A stretch of DNA of 64,000 nucleotides from positions 28,228-92,227 of IMG/VR virus record IMGVR_UViG_3300029286_001043. One strand, written 5' to 3'. Shown in pieces: positions 10,070 through 20,600 of the stretch. The first letter of the stretch is position 1, and every line of letters begins with the position of its first letter. Source of the stretch: a virus (Duplodnaviria; Heunggongvirae; Uroviricota; Caudoviricetes). The notes beneath the pieces are model-generated. The model ran no database searches. It saw only the letters and a program-made list of their open reading frames with translations, and had not been told where the DNA came from. The position numbers and the translations under genes are program-made.

Positions 10070-10288
10070 TTACTTTTCTACTGCTTTAACCTCAAGTACC
10101 TTAACTTCAGTCGCGACCTTACCCTTAGCACTTTCACCTGGAGTAAACTCAACAGCCTGTCCGTCTAATAGATTCTTGTAACCATCCATGACAATACTCG
10201 TGAAGTGAACAAAATAATCTAATTGATCCTCACCGTTTACAAAACCCCAACCTTTTTGCTTGCTGAACCATTTCACTGTACCGTACAT
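10070..10288 (-). CDS. csp: cold-shock protein (CspA family, cold-shock domain)
   Basis: MYGTVKWFSKQKGWGFV...DYFVHFTSI matches the CSD signature (GxVKWFNxxKGFGFI, RNP-1/RNP-2). 72 aa. Confidence 0.85.
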   Translation of the reverse strand: MYGTVKWFSKQKGWGFVNGEDQLDYFVHFTSIVMDGYKNLLDGQAVEFTPGESAKGKVATEVKVLEVKAVEK

Positions 10289-10314
10289 TGTTGTTTCTCC
10301 TTTACTTGCATATA

Positions 10315-10512
10315 CTACTTTCTAATTACTTCCCCGTTTTCATTTACTGTAAATTCAGTAGCCAATACTTCTCGCAAATTCTTGTACATGCCGAATTCTA
10401 CCATCTTCCTCCGAATGCTGACCGGACTATTGCCGGTCAGCTCAGAGATTTTAGTTACTGTCAACTTCTCATCTATATGTTTCTCGATTAAGTATTCTTT
10501 AGTAAGTTCCAT
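10315..10512 (-). CDS. small helix-turn-helix DNA-binding protein
   Basis: LTVTKISELTGNSPVSIRRKMVEFG is HTH-like. The track ORF runs 10315..10572. The start is placed at the internal Met (MELTKEY...) to avoid a 52-nt overlap with the repeat-protein gene. Confidence 0.4.
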   Translation of the reverse strand: MELTKEYLIEKHIDEKLTVTKISELTGNSPVSIRRKMVEFGMYKNLREVLATEFTVNENGEVIRK

Positions 10513-10520
10513 AGTTCTCC

Positions 10521-11627
10521 TTACGCCTTGGACTGAATCAGACCATTCACAACTGTTATTGTGAAATCCCATCCATCGATGAAGGTACCAGTAAACCCAC
10601 TTACTGCTCCAGAATATCCTGAGAATCCAGAGATTCCAGAGTAACCTGATTTGCCAGAGTACCCACTGAATCCAGAGATTCCTGAATAACCAGAAATACC
10701 TGAGTATCCTGAAATTCCAGAATACCCGCTGAATCCAGAAATACCAGAATAACCAGAGAATCCACTTATACCCGAATAGCCAGAGAATCCAGAGATACCT
10801 GAATAACCTGAAAATCCAGAGATACCAGAATAACCTGAGAATCCACTTATACCACTATACCCGCTATAACCTGAAATTCCTGAATAGCCAGAAAATCCTA
10901 ATGTAGTAGGTTCTCCTGAAATTCCAGAGTATCCGCTGAATCCTGAAATACCGCTATATCCAGAGATACCAGAATATCCTGAAATACCGGAATATCCACT
11001 ATACCCTGAGATACCTGAATAACCAGAATATCCTGAGATTCCTGAGTATCCGGAGATTCCACTATAGCCTGAATATCCTGAAATACCCGAGTAGCCAGAG
11101 TAACCAGAGATTCCAGAATAACCACTAAATCCGGAAATACCTGAGTAACCTGAAGTTCCCGGGCTATCTCCTGAATATCCTGAAGTTCCTACTCCTGAAT
11201 AACCAGAGATACCAGAATAACCTGAGTAACCAGAAATTCCGGAGTATCCACTGAATCCTGAAATACCGCTATATCCTGAATAGCCTGAGATTCCAGAATA
11301 TCCACTGAATCCTGAAATACCTGAGTATCCGGAAAATCCTGAAATACCAGAGTAACCAGAATAACCGCTGATTCCAGAGTAACCACTTATACCACTGTAA
11401 CCTGAAATTCCAGAGTAACCTGAGATACCGGAATAACCAGAAAATCCTGAAATGCCTGAGTAACCTGAAATACCTGAGTAACCTGAGATACCTGAGTAAC
11501 CTGAGATACCGGAATAACCTGAATATCCAGAGATACCTGAATATCCTGATTCCCCGCCGGCTTGACCAGAGATTCCAGAATAGCCGCTTGCTCCTGTACT
11601 GCCTCCACCACCGTGATATATACTCAT
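10521..11627 (-). CDS. hexapeptide-repeat fibrous protein, (G-Y/F-S-G-I-S)n ~55 repeats, with a short non-repetitive C-terminal domain
   Basis: 368-aa ORF made almost entirely of GYSGIS/GFSGYS units. C-terminus AVSGFTGTFIDGWDFTITVVNGLIQSKA. Open through a ~1-kb 18-nt tandem repeat. Other frames of the repeat are also open (the 75/65/74-aa shadow ORFs). Confidence 0.65.
   Translation of the reverse strand: MSIYHGGGGSTGASGYSGISGQAGGESGYSGISGYSGYSGISGYSGISGYSGISGYSGISGFSGYSGISGYSGISGYSGISGYSGISGYSGYSGISGFSGYSGISGFSGYSGISGYSGYSGISGFSGYSGISGYSGYSGISGYSGVGTSGYSGDSPGTSGYSGISGFSGYSGISGYSGYSGISGYSGYSGISGYSGISGYSGYSGISGYSGYSGISGYSGISGYSGISGFSGYSGISGEPTTLGFSGYSGISGYSGYSGISGFSGYSGISGFSGYSGISGFSGYSGISGFSGYSGISGFSGYSGISGYSGISGYSGISGFSGYSGKSGYSGISGFSGYSGAVSGFTGTFIDGWDFTITVVNGLIQSKA
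10575..11600. repeat. tandem 18-nt (hexapeptide-coding) repeat array
   Basis: Imperfect repetition of units such as cctgaaataccagaataa/cctgagtaaccagaaatt throughout. Confidence 0.8.
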
Positions 11628-11663
11628 AGTACTCTCCCTCTTAAGAAATTATATATAAGGCCG

Positions 11664-12107
11664 TTACGCTAATGTTAAATCTACAATCGTAGCATTTGCT
11701 GCATATACTAATATAATAGATGAAACTGCTGTAGCATCGATACACTGCTTGAACCCGTCTCCGGTAATCAAACTAGTTGCCGGAGTATTTGAAGCCGAAT
11801 TGAAGAATACGTCTACCCGCCCAGTTACACAATAAATATCCAGATCTAAAGTGAAGTTTCCAGTAGGTACTGTAATTGTGTCTACTTCAGTATCGTCTCC
11901 AGTATATGATTCTGAAACTATATTGCTATTACTTGCATATGGGGCATCTGAAGTCTTCGTTATCCCCGTAGGCAAAGGAGTTCTGATTGTCTCATATGTT
12001 TCCTTTGATTCCCCGGGTTCTATTCTTGTACTTCCGACTGTTACTACTGTTGCTGTACTGTTAAGATAGGTTGGACACATGTTCAACTCCTTCTTTATGA
12101 AATTCAA
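11664..12107 (-). CDS. hypothetical protein, Thr/Ser/Val-rich (possible structural/beta-rich)
   Basis: 147-aa ORF downstream of a HEG. The start may instead be the internal MCPTYLN Met at 12080. Confidence 0.4.
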   Translation of the reverse strand: MNFIKKELNMCPTYLNSTATVVTVGSTRIEPGESKETYETIRTPLPTGITKTSDAPYASNSNIVSESYTGDDTEVDTITVPTGNFTLDLDIYCVTGRVDVFFNSASNTPATSLITGDGFKQCIDATAVSSIILVYAANATIVDLTLA

Positions 12108-13026
12108 TTAATTTTTGTTTTAATAATATTTTATCTTTTAACTCTTTTTCCCAAACAACTAAAGTTTTATAGCCATACTCACTATATTTTTGTAATCTAT
12201 TATTATCTTTTTCTTCAGAACCTGATATATTATGCCAATAATCTCCATAAAGCTCAACAATCTTCTTTTGACCGTTAATATTTATAAAATCAGGAAAGAA
12301 TCCTCCTATCATAACTTCAAACCCACCTACAAATTTGTAGTTACTAGGAAATAAATTATTTAGTATATCTAATAATTTTTGTTCTGATTTATTAATTTTT
12401 TTATTATGAGAACTAGCTTTAGTCATCATTAACATATGTTCTTTAGAATTAACTTGATTTGTTTTAGCTTCTTCCTTTTTAATTCCAGACATATTTTTAC
12501 ACACTTCATCTCGTTTTTCGGTATGTGACCAATGAGATTTGTCCCTCTTTGCTCGATATTCAGGACTTTTCCACATATTTAATCTGGCAATACTTCTATT
12601 CTGTATAGCTTCAGGAGTAGCATTACCAATTTTTCTTTTCTCTAATAATTTATCTCTTCGGATAGGATCAGACCATATTTGTTTCCAACCGAATAATTTA
12701 TAATTTATAACACACAAATGAGAACAGAATTGTTGATCAGATCGCTTACCTATAAATATATTATTACATGTTAGACATTGCTTTTCTTTTATTTTAGATT
12801 TCACATTTTCTCTATAACATTTTCGAGAACACACTTGTTTATATCCTTTAATTATATGAACAAATTTTGTAGAATTACCACATATTATACAACACCCATC
12901 TAATTCTTTCTTTAAGTATTTATCATAATAAACCCTAGAAGAAAGTTTATGCGTTCTCCATACATGTTTAGATAACCCTATTATAGTATTAAATTGTCTA
13001 TTACATATTAAACATGTACAAATCAA
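12061..13026 (-). CDS. homing endonuclease-like protein (multiple Zn fingers + Vsr/DUF559-like nuclease)
   Basis: Cys-rich N-terminus (CxxC x4). FPDFININGQKKIVELYGDYWHN...YKTLVVWEKEL nuclease core. TTG start preceded by AAGGAGAAAAGG. Confidence 0.65.
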   Translation of the reverse strand: MICTCLICNRQFNTIIGLSKHVWRTHKLSSRVYYDKYLKKELDGCCIICGNSTKFVHIIKGYKQVCSRKCYRENVKSKIKEKQCLTCNNIFIGKRSDQQFCSHLCVINYKLFGWKQIWSDPIRRDKLLEKRKIGNATPEAIQNRSIARLNMWKSPEYRAKRDKSHWSHTEKRDEVCKNMSGIKKEEAKTNQVNSKEHMLMMTKASSHNKKINKSEQKLLDILNNLFPSNYKFVGGFEVMIGGFFPDFININGQKKIVELYGDYWHNISGSEEKDNNRLQKYSEYGYKTLVVWEKELKDKILLKQKLIEFHKEGVEHVSNLS

Positions 13027-13147
13027 CCTTTTCTCCTTGCTTAATTCCTAAAATTATGGGCGGCAAATAATTTGCTGGCGCGCCTTCATTACGAGTATCA
13101 GTCGTAGAAGAGCTGACGTCCTTTTATATAAAGGCCGCCCGAAACTA

Positions 13148-15424
13148 TTATTCTTTCATTGATTCCTGAATCGACTTCAGTATATCTTTATTCTCTACAT
13201 GAACTACTTTTCTCTTCGACTCATATGGCTTCTTGTCGATCTTCATATTCAAATCATTAGCTAATCTTCTGATTTCGCTATCAGCACCTTCCCATGTTTC
13301 CCAAGCTTCAGAAGGAAGATTGTCTACTACATAATCAGTTACTTCAGAATTCCCCTCTAATCCAGCCTTATGAGCCATTCTAACGAGCTCTTTGATCTTT
13401 CCTCTATACTGAGGGCCGATCGTGCGAGCTTCTTTGATCTTCTTTGAATCTCTTTCCTTCTTGCTTAATGGAGTATAAGGATAAAGTGTTCCGGTACCTT
13501 TGTCGCCATCATCCACTTTGTCTTCCTTCTTCGCTTCTTCAGTAACTATATCAGGTTCTACAACTGGAGCTACTTCCTCTTTCTTCTCTTCTCCAGGAAT
13601 ACCAGTTATAGTACGATCGATTGGTTGTACCTCAGGATTTACCGTCGTCACCTGAATTCCACCTTCTGTAGTAACGATGTTAGTTTCCTTATCCTCGTCC
13701 TTTATAATTACCTCGACATCTTCTTTCACCTGTGCTTCATTGGCCTTTTCGGCCTTGATCGGCTCTTGAACTTCTTCCTTTACCTTAGGATTATTTACAC
13801 CTGTTGATGTAATTTTGGCATGTGATAAAGCAGTCAAGACATCTAATATTCTTTTTGCTGGCATTCCAATACTTATAAGTGCTTGATTGATCTGACCCCA
13901 AGTATATGTTTCATTGTTGTCTTCAACAATCTTCTCTTCTCTTACTCCTTGCTGCATTAATACCTGACTTACATAAGGAACCAGTTCGTCATCAGCCTTC
14001 TGCTTTTCTTCAGGAGTAAGATCATTATACTTCCTCTTGAATAAATAATTAGCAATATCATCCATCAACTGCTCAGAAGTTACATTTTTTTCAATAACTA
14101 CCTCTTCTTCAATTTCTTTCTCTTCTGTCTCAGTAGGCTCGGTTGTCGGCTCTTGAGGATTCTTCTCGAGAGCTTCCTTGCGCCTAGTTAATGCGGCCTT
14201 CAACCTAGTCTCTTGTTCGGCAGTAATATCTCCCTTCGTTGCGGTCTTCTCGATTCGGTCCATTACTTCTTCGAGCGACACAGCATCTATAGCTTTGTGG
14301 ATCTTGCGAAGGATTGAAGTAGCAGTTCTAGTTACAGCTGCATTCGCTTCGTCTTCTTTCTTGCCTTCGACTATTGATTCATTAGGATTTACTAAATTAT
14401 TCACGTATTCCTCCGTCTCTCTATTCGACAAAGCACCAGAAACATTATCTAATACCTGTTGATAAATACTATTTGAATCCTTCATTCCGTTCTTCAAACA
14501 TTTATCTACAACTAATCTGATTGCATCCTTTACATTAGGGCTGATCGATTCACTAATCTTTATCTTCACTTTACCGCTCATCTCGGAATGCTCATCATTA
14601 TAATCCTTCAATGCAGCTTCAGCATTCTCTTTCTTTCTATAAGTAGCAATTACTTCTTCGCCTAATACAATCTGGAATACTTTCTCGTTTACTGACTCAT
14701 ATATCGTTAAAATCTTGGCTTCACGATTAAATTTAGCTACTTCCTCTCCTAATACTAAAAATAATATACTATTTCCAGTTTTAGAATCTTGAGTCTCTTC
14801 CCAAGTAATTCCCTTTTCCTTTAATATATCCTTTGCCTCAGCAAAATCATGACAGACTTCGGATTTAGATTCGTTTACTCTCGACTCATTTGGTACTTTC
14901 GGAGTTACTGTATTCTGAGTCGACGGTCCGGTACCTTCAGCCTTGATCTCATCCTTTACTTCAGGTACCTCTTCTTCAGGCTTTACTTCCTCTTCTTCTT
15001 TCAGGAAATACTTCTCGACTATGTCTACAGATACTGACGTCGCCTCGACCTTCTTCATCGCTGCCAATATAAATTCAGGAATGTTTGATATGTCTACACC
15101 GAGCTCAGCTGCATCGGCCAAGGTGTTCTCTGACGCGTCTATAAGTATCAGGTTGTTAACTGTACCACTTGCATCCATGTCCCGCTTCAGATAAAAATAT
15201 TGATCTGCCCCTTTTGCCCCTAAATATTCCTTCTCATCAGGAAGCTCTTCAGTAGGCTCGGTCTCAGGCTTTACTTCGTCAGTCGGCTTCTCGCCAGTAG
15301 GAGGAGTTGAACCTTGAGGATCTTCTGTCCCGCTGTCCTTTTCAAGTGGATCGACAGGCTGCTCGTCCTCAACTTCAAATAGACTCTTCATTTCCAATAT
15401 TAGATTCTTAGTTCGCTTAAACAT
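13148..15424 (-). CDS. large acidic protein (Glu/Lys/Pro/Thr-rich; candidate scaffold/internal head or decoration protein)
   Basis: 758-aa ORF with long E/K/P/T-rich low-complexity stretches in the head-gene block. No enzymatic motif. Confidence 0.5.
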   Translation of the reverse strand: MFKRTKNLILEMKSLFEVEDEQPVDPLEKDSGTEDPQGSTPPTGEKPTDEVKPETEPTEELPDEKEYLGAKGADQYFYLKRDMDASGTVNNLILIDASENTLADAAELGVDISNIPEFILAAMKKVEATSVSVDIVEKYFLKEEEEVKPEEEVPEVKDEIKAEGTGPSTQNTVTPKVPNESRVNESKSEVCHDFAEAKDILKEKGITWEETQDSKTGNSILFLVLGEEVAKFNREAKILTIYESVNEKVFQIVLGEEVIATYRKKENAEAALKDYNDEHSEMSGKVKIKISESISPNVKDAIRLVVDKCLKNGMKDSNSIYQQVLDNVSGALSNRETEEYVNNLVNPNESIVEGKKEDEANAAVTRTATSILRKIHKAIDAVSLEEVMDRIEKTATKGDITAEQETRLKAALTRRKEALEKNPQEPTTEPTETEEKEIEEEVVIEKNVTSEQLMDDIANYLFKRKYNDLTPEEKQKADDELVPYVSQVLMQQGVREEKIVEDNNETYTWGQINQALISIGMPAKRILDVLTALSHAKITSTGVNNPKVKEEVQEPIKAEKANEAQVKEDVEVIIKDEDKETNIVTTEGGIQVTTVNPEVQPIDRTITGIPGEEKKEEVAPVVEPDIVTEEAKKEDKVDDGDKGTGTLYPYTPLSKKERDSKKIKEARTIGPQYRGKIKELVRMAHKAGLEGNSEVTDYVVDNLPSEAWETWEGADSEIRRLANDLNMKIDKKPYESKRKVVHVENKDILKSIQESMKE

Positions 15425-15599
15425 TGTTAGAACCCCTTCTATATTTAATATGATTAGAACAGACGATCAAATCCCCTAATTCTGAATGCGATTCTATTAT
15501 ACAATTCACTAAATCTTCTTTCTTAAACTGTTTGCCACAGACAACACATTGCTCTTTAGCTTTACGATCTAGTAATATTTCCTTTAATACTGCGTCCAT
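15417..15599 (-). CDS. small Zn-ribbon protein (CxxC...CxxH)
   Basis: 60-aa ORF with CVVCGK...CSNH on the gene strand. Confidence 0.35.
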   Translation of the reverse strand: MDAVLKEILLDRKAKEQCVVCGKQFKKEDLVNCIIESHSELGDLIVCSNHIKYRRGSNNV

Positions 15600-15602
15600 A
15601 CT

Positions 15603-15839
15603 TTATTTTAAATCGTAAATTAATTGCCCCAACTTCTCATAAAGATTAGCGACTAAAATCTTGTATTCCTTATTTGTTTCTAATTCGATAAGTGCATGTG
15701 TACAGAGTGAACTGACTCCTATTACCTCTCGTATTGGATCCTTGCACTTACCCAACGAAATTGCTTTCAAGTTTTCGTAGACTGATTTACCCTTCAGTTT
15801 CTCTACCAGATTCTCTAATTGATTTTCAGCTACTATCAT
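15603..15839 (-). CDS. hypothetical small protein
   Basis: 78-aa ORF on the gene strand, tightly packed. Confidence 0.35.
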   Translation of the reverse strand: MIVAENQLENLVEKLKGKSVYENLKAISLGKCKDPIREVIGVSSLCTHALIELETNKEYKILVANLYEKLGQLIYDLK

Positions 15840-16102
15840 CTGAACAATTTCCCCATTAAATTTAAGTCTACACTCTCGATTATCTTAGTACGAACTGAAT
15901 CTTCGACTATCGTCTTCTCTTCCATGGTCTTCGCTCTATTGGTCAGGCATTGTTCGAGCAACGAGCCTTGTGGAGCAATGTCTGAAGTATCTACAATCTT
16001 CGTTTCGACTACGACCTTGGGTTTCAATTGACCGAGTATAGCATCCCGCATGTTCGGACTTGCTACTTCGCCGGTAATATCTCGTTCGTTAGGCGCTTCC
16101 AT
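15836..16102 (-). CDS. hypothetical small protein
   Basis: 88-aa ORF with a 4-nt overlap to its neighbour. Confidence 0.35.
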   Translation of the reverse strand: MEAPNERDITGEVASPNMRDAILGQLKPKVVVETKIVDTSDIAPQGSLLEQCLTNRAKTMEEKTIVEDSVRTKIIESVDLNLMGKLFR

Positions 16103-16198
16103 TCTTACTCCTTCTTACCTTAATACAATATCCACAGTCAGCCATTATGCCATTACTCCTTCACCATCTGAATTATACACTTTTTGTATTCTCCATAT

Positions 16199-16384
16199 CT
16201 ACTCCTTAGTATCATATCTGAAATGCCAAATCTTATCTTGTTTTACATGATGCCCAAAATCTAGTTCTACTGACTTCTTATTACATTTCGGACAACCCAT
16301 TTCATAAATCTTGTCTTGTACATCAATCGTTGCTACATATTGATAATTGCACTTCGTACAGCGAAGCCATAATGTTTCTTTCAT
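16199..16384 (-). CDS. small Zn-ribbon protein
   Basis: 61 aa with CTKCN...CPKCN. Confidence 0.35.
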   Translation of the reverse strand: MKETLWLRCTKCNYQYVATIDVQDKIYEMGCPKCNKKSVELDFGHHVKQDKIWHFRYDTKE

Positions 16385-17092
16385 CTGTTCTCCTTTAGGT
16401 TTGTACTGCGAGTTTCGGACTGCTCACCTAAAGTGTAGATGAGTTAATGGCTGAAATTTATAGGGGAAGGCGTATAGTTTTTTATACTAGGCGAAGACTT
16501 CCCCTGCGCGCTTTTCGATGAGCGCCTCTTTGTCGCCAAATTTATTGAAGTAATTACCTGGACAGGAAGCCTAAGAAGTTCTCGGTTGATAAAAGAAGAA
16601 ACATAACTTGTCTTAGGTCGTTCTCTCTAGTCTTTCGACCATCGAGGTTAGCCTTGCGCGCTTATCCCTTACTGCCTTGACGAATGTAGTTACTAGTTTG
16701 GCACTCAGCCCCACTACAATCTACATTCTTTTAATTGAGCCTATAATACCTTGACTCTTTAGACTTTAGACTTGAGGTTGCAGGCGGTTAAGCCCGAAGG
16801 AATTCAAATTGAGAATAATCTCAATTCTAGTTCTCGTATTTATCTATTATAGATAATCACCAATTCTCCCAAGTTTCGTCTGGCAGAAGTACGCTTCCTT
16901 TTTCCGATTTTTATCTCTGCACATTAATTACTTCTCAAAGAACGATTGAATATGAATATATCCTGTCTATACGGATACCCTAATAAGACATCTGATCCCA
17001 GATGGGTTAGTCTTCTGACTTCTCAGCATACTCACTAAATCTACTAATTGCTGAATATAATAATCTCTATAATACTCTTCTAGACTCTGCAC
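16385..17092. other. ORF-free, GC-elevated ~700-bp region with multiple hairpins (candidate structured RNA / regulatory or origin region)
   Basis: No ORF >=60 aa in any frame. Visibly higher GC than flanks. Duplicated motif cYtGCGCGCTT (16504, 16653). Perfect hairpins AATTGAGAataaTCTCAATT (16809-16828) and TTATCTAttaTAGATAA (16842-16858). Confidence 0.4.
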
Positions 17093-17656
17093 TTACTCTA
17101 GAAGATCTGTCACAGCGTTTACGACTTCCAATTTCCCGTCGATTAATGCTGGCTCGTTACTGAATATATCTAACTTATTGTCTCTTGCCTTAGGATCGTA
17201 ACACCTAACAATCTTTATCTCTGTTACCTGCCCGGTGGATTCTCTTAAACTTATCTCTTTCAATCCACGGTCAGTCAAACCTTTCCAGCTTACTTCTTCT
17301 AGCATTGCCAGATCCTTGCGTCTGTGAATCCATTCAGCAATACATTTTGTTACCTGAACTCCACCTATTTCAATTGTTACTGGAGTTGCTAGATTGGTCT
17401 TCTGAATCCTAATTCTTAGACTTAATAACTCTTTCAAAAGATCGGAGTGTGCTTGAAGCCATTCTGAAACCTGTTGTTTCTGATCTGTATATACAGGAGT
17501 CTCGTTACTTAAATGTGCTGAATGCTTCTGAATCTTTACTCTTATGTCTTCAGCCTTGCGAACTAATTCTTTGCTTGACTTCAACGCTTCAATTATCTTC
17601 ATTTGTCTCTCCTTTTGGTTTGGGTTAACTACTATGTAATCGGCTTCTTCTCCCAT
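17093..17656 (-). CDS. hypothetical protein immediately downstream of the portal gene
   Basis: 187-aa ORF, same strand. Confidence 0.5.
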   Translation of the reverse strand: MGEEADYIVVNPNQKERQMKIIEALKSSKELVRKAEDIRVKIQKHSAHLSNETPVYTDQKQQVSEWLQAHSDLLKELLSLRIRIQKTNLATPVTIEIGGVQVTKCIAEWIHRRKDLAMLEEVSWKGLTDRGLKEISLRESTGQVTEIKIVRCYDPKARDNKLDIFSNEPALIDGKLEVVNAVTDLLE

Positions 17657-17689
17657 TGGTCAAAAGTGTTGACAAATGAGCTACTAAAT

Positions 17690-20600
17690 CTATTTATTAA
17701 AACTTTCTGGAATTATCTTCGCTTTCCCATATTGCTCTTCCCACTTCGTATTCTTTCCTTCGTTCAGCGGTAGTGCCGCCTTCAAATCTGAATTGTCGAT
17801 CCTTGCATTTATACTTGCCTTGAATGGATTCTCTCCTGCACCGGCCGCCATTGGTGCTCCTCCTACTTCGCCCTCTTCTGGAATCTCTGGGGTAGTAAGA
17901 GGCCCTACTTGCTGTTCTACTTCTTTAACGACCTTGTCAAAATCAAAGTCAGACAAGTGCAAGATCTTCTCGTTGAAGTATTTCAGTACTTCTAATTTAT
18001 TGTACCCAGTCTCGCCTAATGTAGTATTCAAAATTTCAACCATCTTAGTAACTACATCGGCTCCACTCGACAGTCCTTCCATCAATTCAGCATTTTCGGC
18101 AGTAGACGTTTCTCCCATCTTTAATTCAAACATCTCTAGATCTGGATCTTTACCTTGATAGGCTAAATGAATCTGCACTAACCTAGTCAATCCTACAATT
18201 AGAGCTCTTTGAATTCTTCGGCATTGACGAGAGAACCTAATATCAAGACGTTCGAAGTTATTACTTCCTATTCCACTGGGTACATCCTTCTGATATCCAC
18301 CTAACAATTGTAACGGTACTCTTAAAGCACAAGAGAGTTGATCTCTCAACTCTTCAATATCCCTTATCCATTTTATATCTACCTCCCCACCTAATTTTTC
18401 TATTCGTACACTATTGACATCTCCCCATACAGGCAGGATTATATCTTCCACGGCTGAATTATGTAAAAATACGCCAGCAGCAACCGGAAAATTATGGTTA
18501 TGTTCTATTTGAATATCATAAGTATCTTCACGTTCAATTAATTGTTCAACTCTAATTACTTTGTGATTCTGAATTACGGCTAAATCAGATTGTACTTTCT
18601 GTTTTCTTTCTGTCCATATCTTTGTAATTGTTTCCCCGATAACTCGGTCATAATGTTCTCTATTTTTATATTTTTGAGTATGTGTTTTTATACATTCGAA
18701 AGTCTCTCCACAACCGCAAGCGCAAGTCCTCGTTTCACGCCGATTTTTATATTCAATTTTAAATTTAGGACCGGATGGACATGAATTGATGTGCGCACCT
18801 AATGATCCGGCAGTTCCTAACCATGTTATATAACATAGCGGACAGGTTAATTGTCTAAGTTTTTTTGCTGATTTTTTCTGTTTAGATTTTATTATTTTCG
18901 CTTTATCTTTACCGTAAATTTTATCGTAAGAACCTAATTTTTTACCTTTATTTTGTTGAATTTGACCGATATGACTAATTGATAACTGTTCCTTTATTTG
19001 TTTCGCTTTATTTTCGCCATATAATTCAATATATGTTTTATTTTTGCGTGTTTTACTAAATGAATGTTTTCGCTGTTTAACTTTTATCTGTTCAGCCTTT
19101 TCTTCCCCATATATCTCTTCATATGTTTTACCAGTACAATGCTCTTTCGACCATTGCCCGCCAAACTTACTATGATAGGCCCAATGATCAATATAATGCA
19201 TCAATTCAAAATTGGTAGGATCATTATTTAATTTATTAAAATCAATATGATGAATAGACATACCGCGTTTTGGCTTTTCGCTATTGCTTTTCTTAAAAAC
19301 TAATCTATGTTCATAATGATATTGATTATCGGCTGGATTATATACTAATCTATACCCAGGTAATCCAGGATTCGTTGCAATTTTAGTATACAATGGCATA
19401 AGACTTTCACTTTGTCCTAAATCCTTAGCCATTTTGTATTCCCCATTCCTCAGCATAAATCGATGATCCGGTGTACAATCTATATATTGTTCGTTGTCTA
19501 AATGGACTCGAATTAATTCGGCATTCAATCGAGTTTTACATACTCCTACTAGTTTATTAGGTTCTAATTCTAAAGTTTGTTCATTAATAGTCCATACTGA
19601 TTTTCCAATATATTCATTTGGTTTTTCTGCCATTTCTTCGATTGTTGGTTCAGTACCATCCAATAAACTTATTTTAGTATTTCCTCTAAGACATAAATTG
19701 TCCATTCTCTCTTTATATGGATTTGGACTAGTTGCTGAAATATCTAATGAATTGTGAACAAAAATACCATCAGTTAATCCAAAATTATGATTTCGTTCTG
19801 TGGTTATATCATAAGTATCTTCTCTAATAACTAATCTTTCTACTCTAACTACCTTATGATTAATAATTGCAGGTTCTAATTTTCTTCTTGCCCATGCCAG
19901 TTTTAGAGATTCAGATCTCCTTTTTAACGTCTCTGGTGACGGTTTAATTCCAAGGTGTCCTTCACTCATATGTTTTTTCGATTCGGCGGAATGAATTGTA
20001 CCTTTATTCTTTACCCCAATCTTTTGTTTATGTTCTTCAGTCATCGGCTTATTTTTTCTATTATGCCCAACTGCATATTGCCATAAAGACGTAATTATAA
20101 CTTCTTTGCTATAACCACATCCACATTTACAAAAACGAATTTCGTGCGGTAATCTTAAATACCGTTTTCCGGCTAAAAAATTGTTTCTGCGTGATTCTTT
20201 TTGTTTATTAATATTTTCAATTGGCCTTTTATATCCAGTTCGTGATTTAGAAATTTTAGCGCAAATATGACTATTCTCTTTAGTTAATCCCTTTGTTACA
20301 TGAGGCTTAACTAATCCTAGAGACTTCTTCACTAAATAGGTTTCAGCTTTCTTTGCTAATCTTTCATCCGTTTCCTTAGTTAATCCTTTACTCCACCCAA
20401 GCTTTAAAGATTTATTATATGTTTTGTATTTACCATCCTTAGAATTTTGAATATTATGTAAAGCTAAATGTCTCCCTCTAAGTTCAAATTTTAAATTAGA
20501 TGGATCATCATCGCATTTTCTAAAATTCTTATGATGAATAACATGTCCTTTCGGCGTTTTGCCGAATAAAAATTCGAATGCAGTTTTAAATACCAATTCA

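Noticed and set aside
10315-10572. Full-length 85-aa version of the HTH ORF
   Set aside because: The first 20 codons overlap the 3' end of the repeat-protein gene by 52 nt. The internal Met at 10512 gives a non-overlapping 65-aa protein and is preferred, though unproven.
10898-11611. Minus-strand ORFs 10898..11125, 11189..11386, 11387..11611 inside the repeat protein gene
   Set aside because: They are alternative frames of the same 18-nt tandem repeat (QDI/VSQ repeats) nested in the 368-aa ORF. They are kept only as evidence that all frames of the array are open, not as genes.
16385-17092. tRNA genes or group I intron in the ORF-free island
   Set aside because: No GTTCGA/GTTCAA T-loop with flanking 5-bp stems, no GG-containing D-loop context, and no R/S (GACUA/UAGUC) P7 pairing could be found on either strand. 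Left as an unexplained structured region rather than called.
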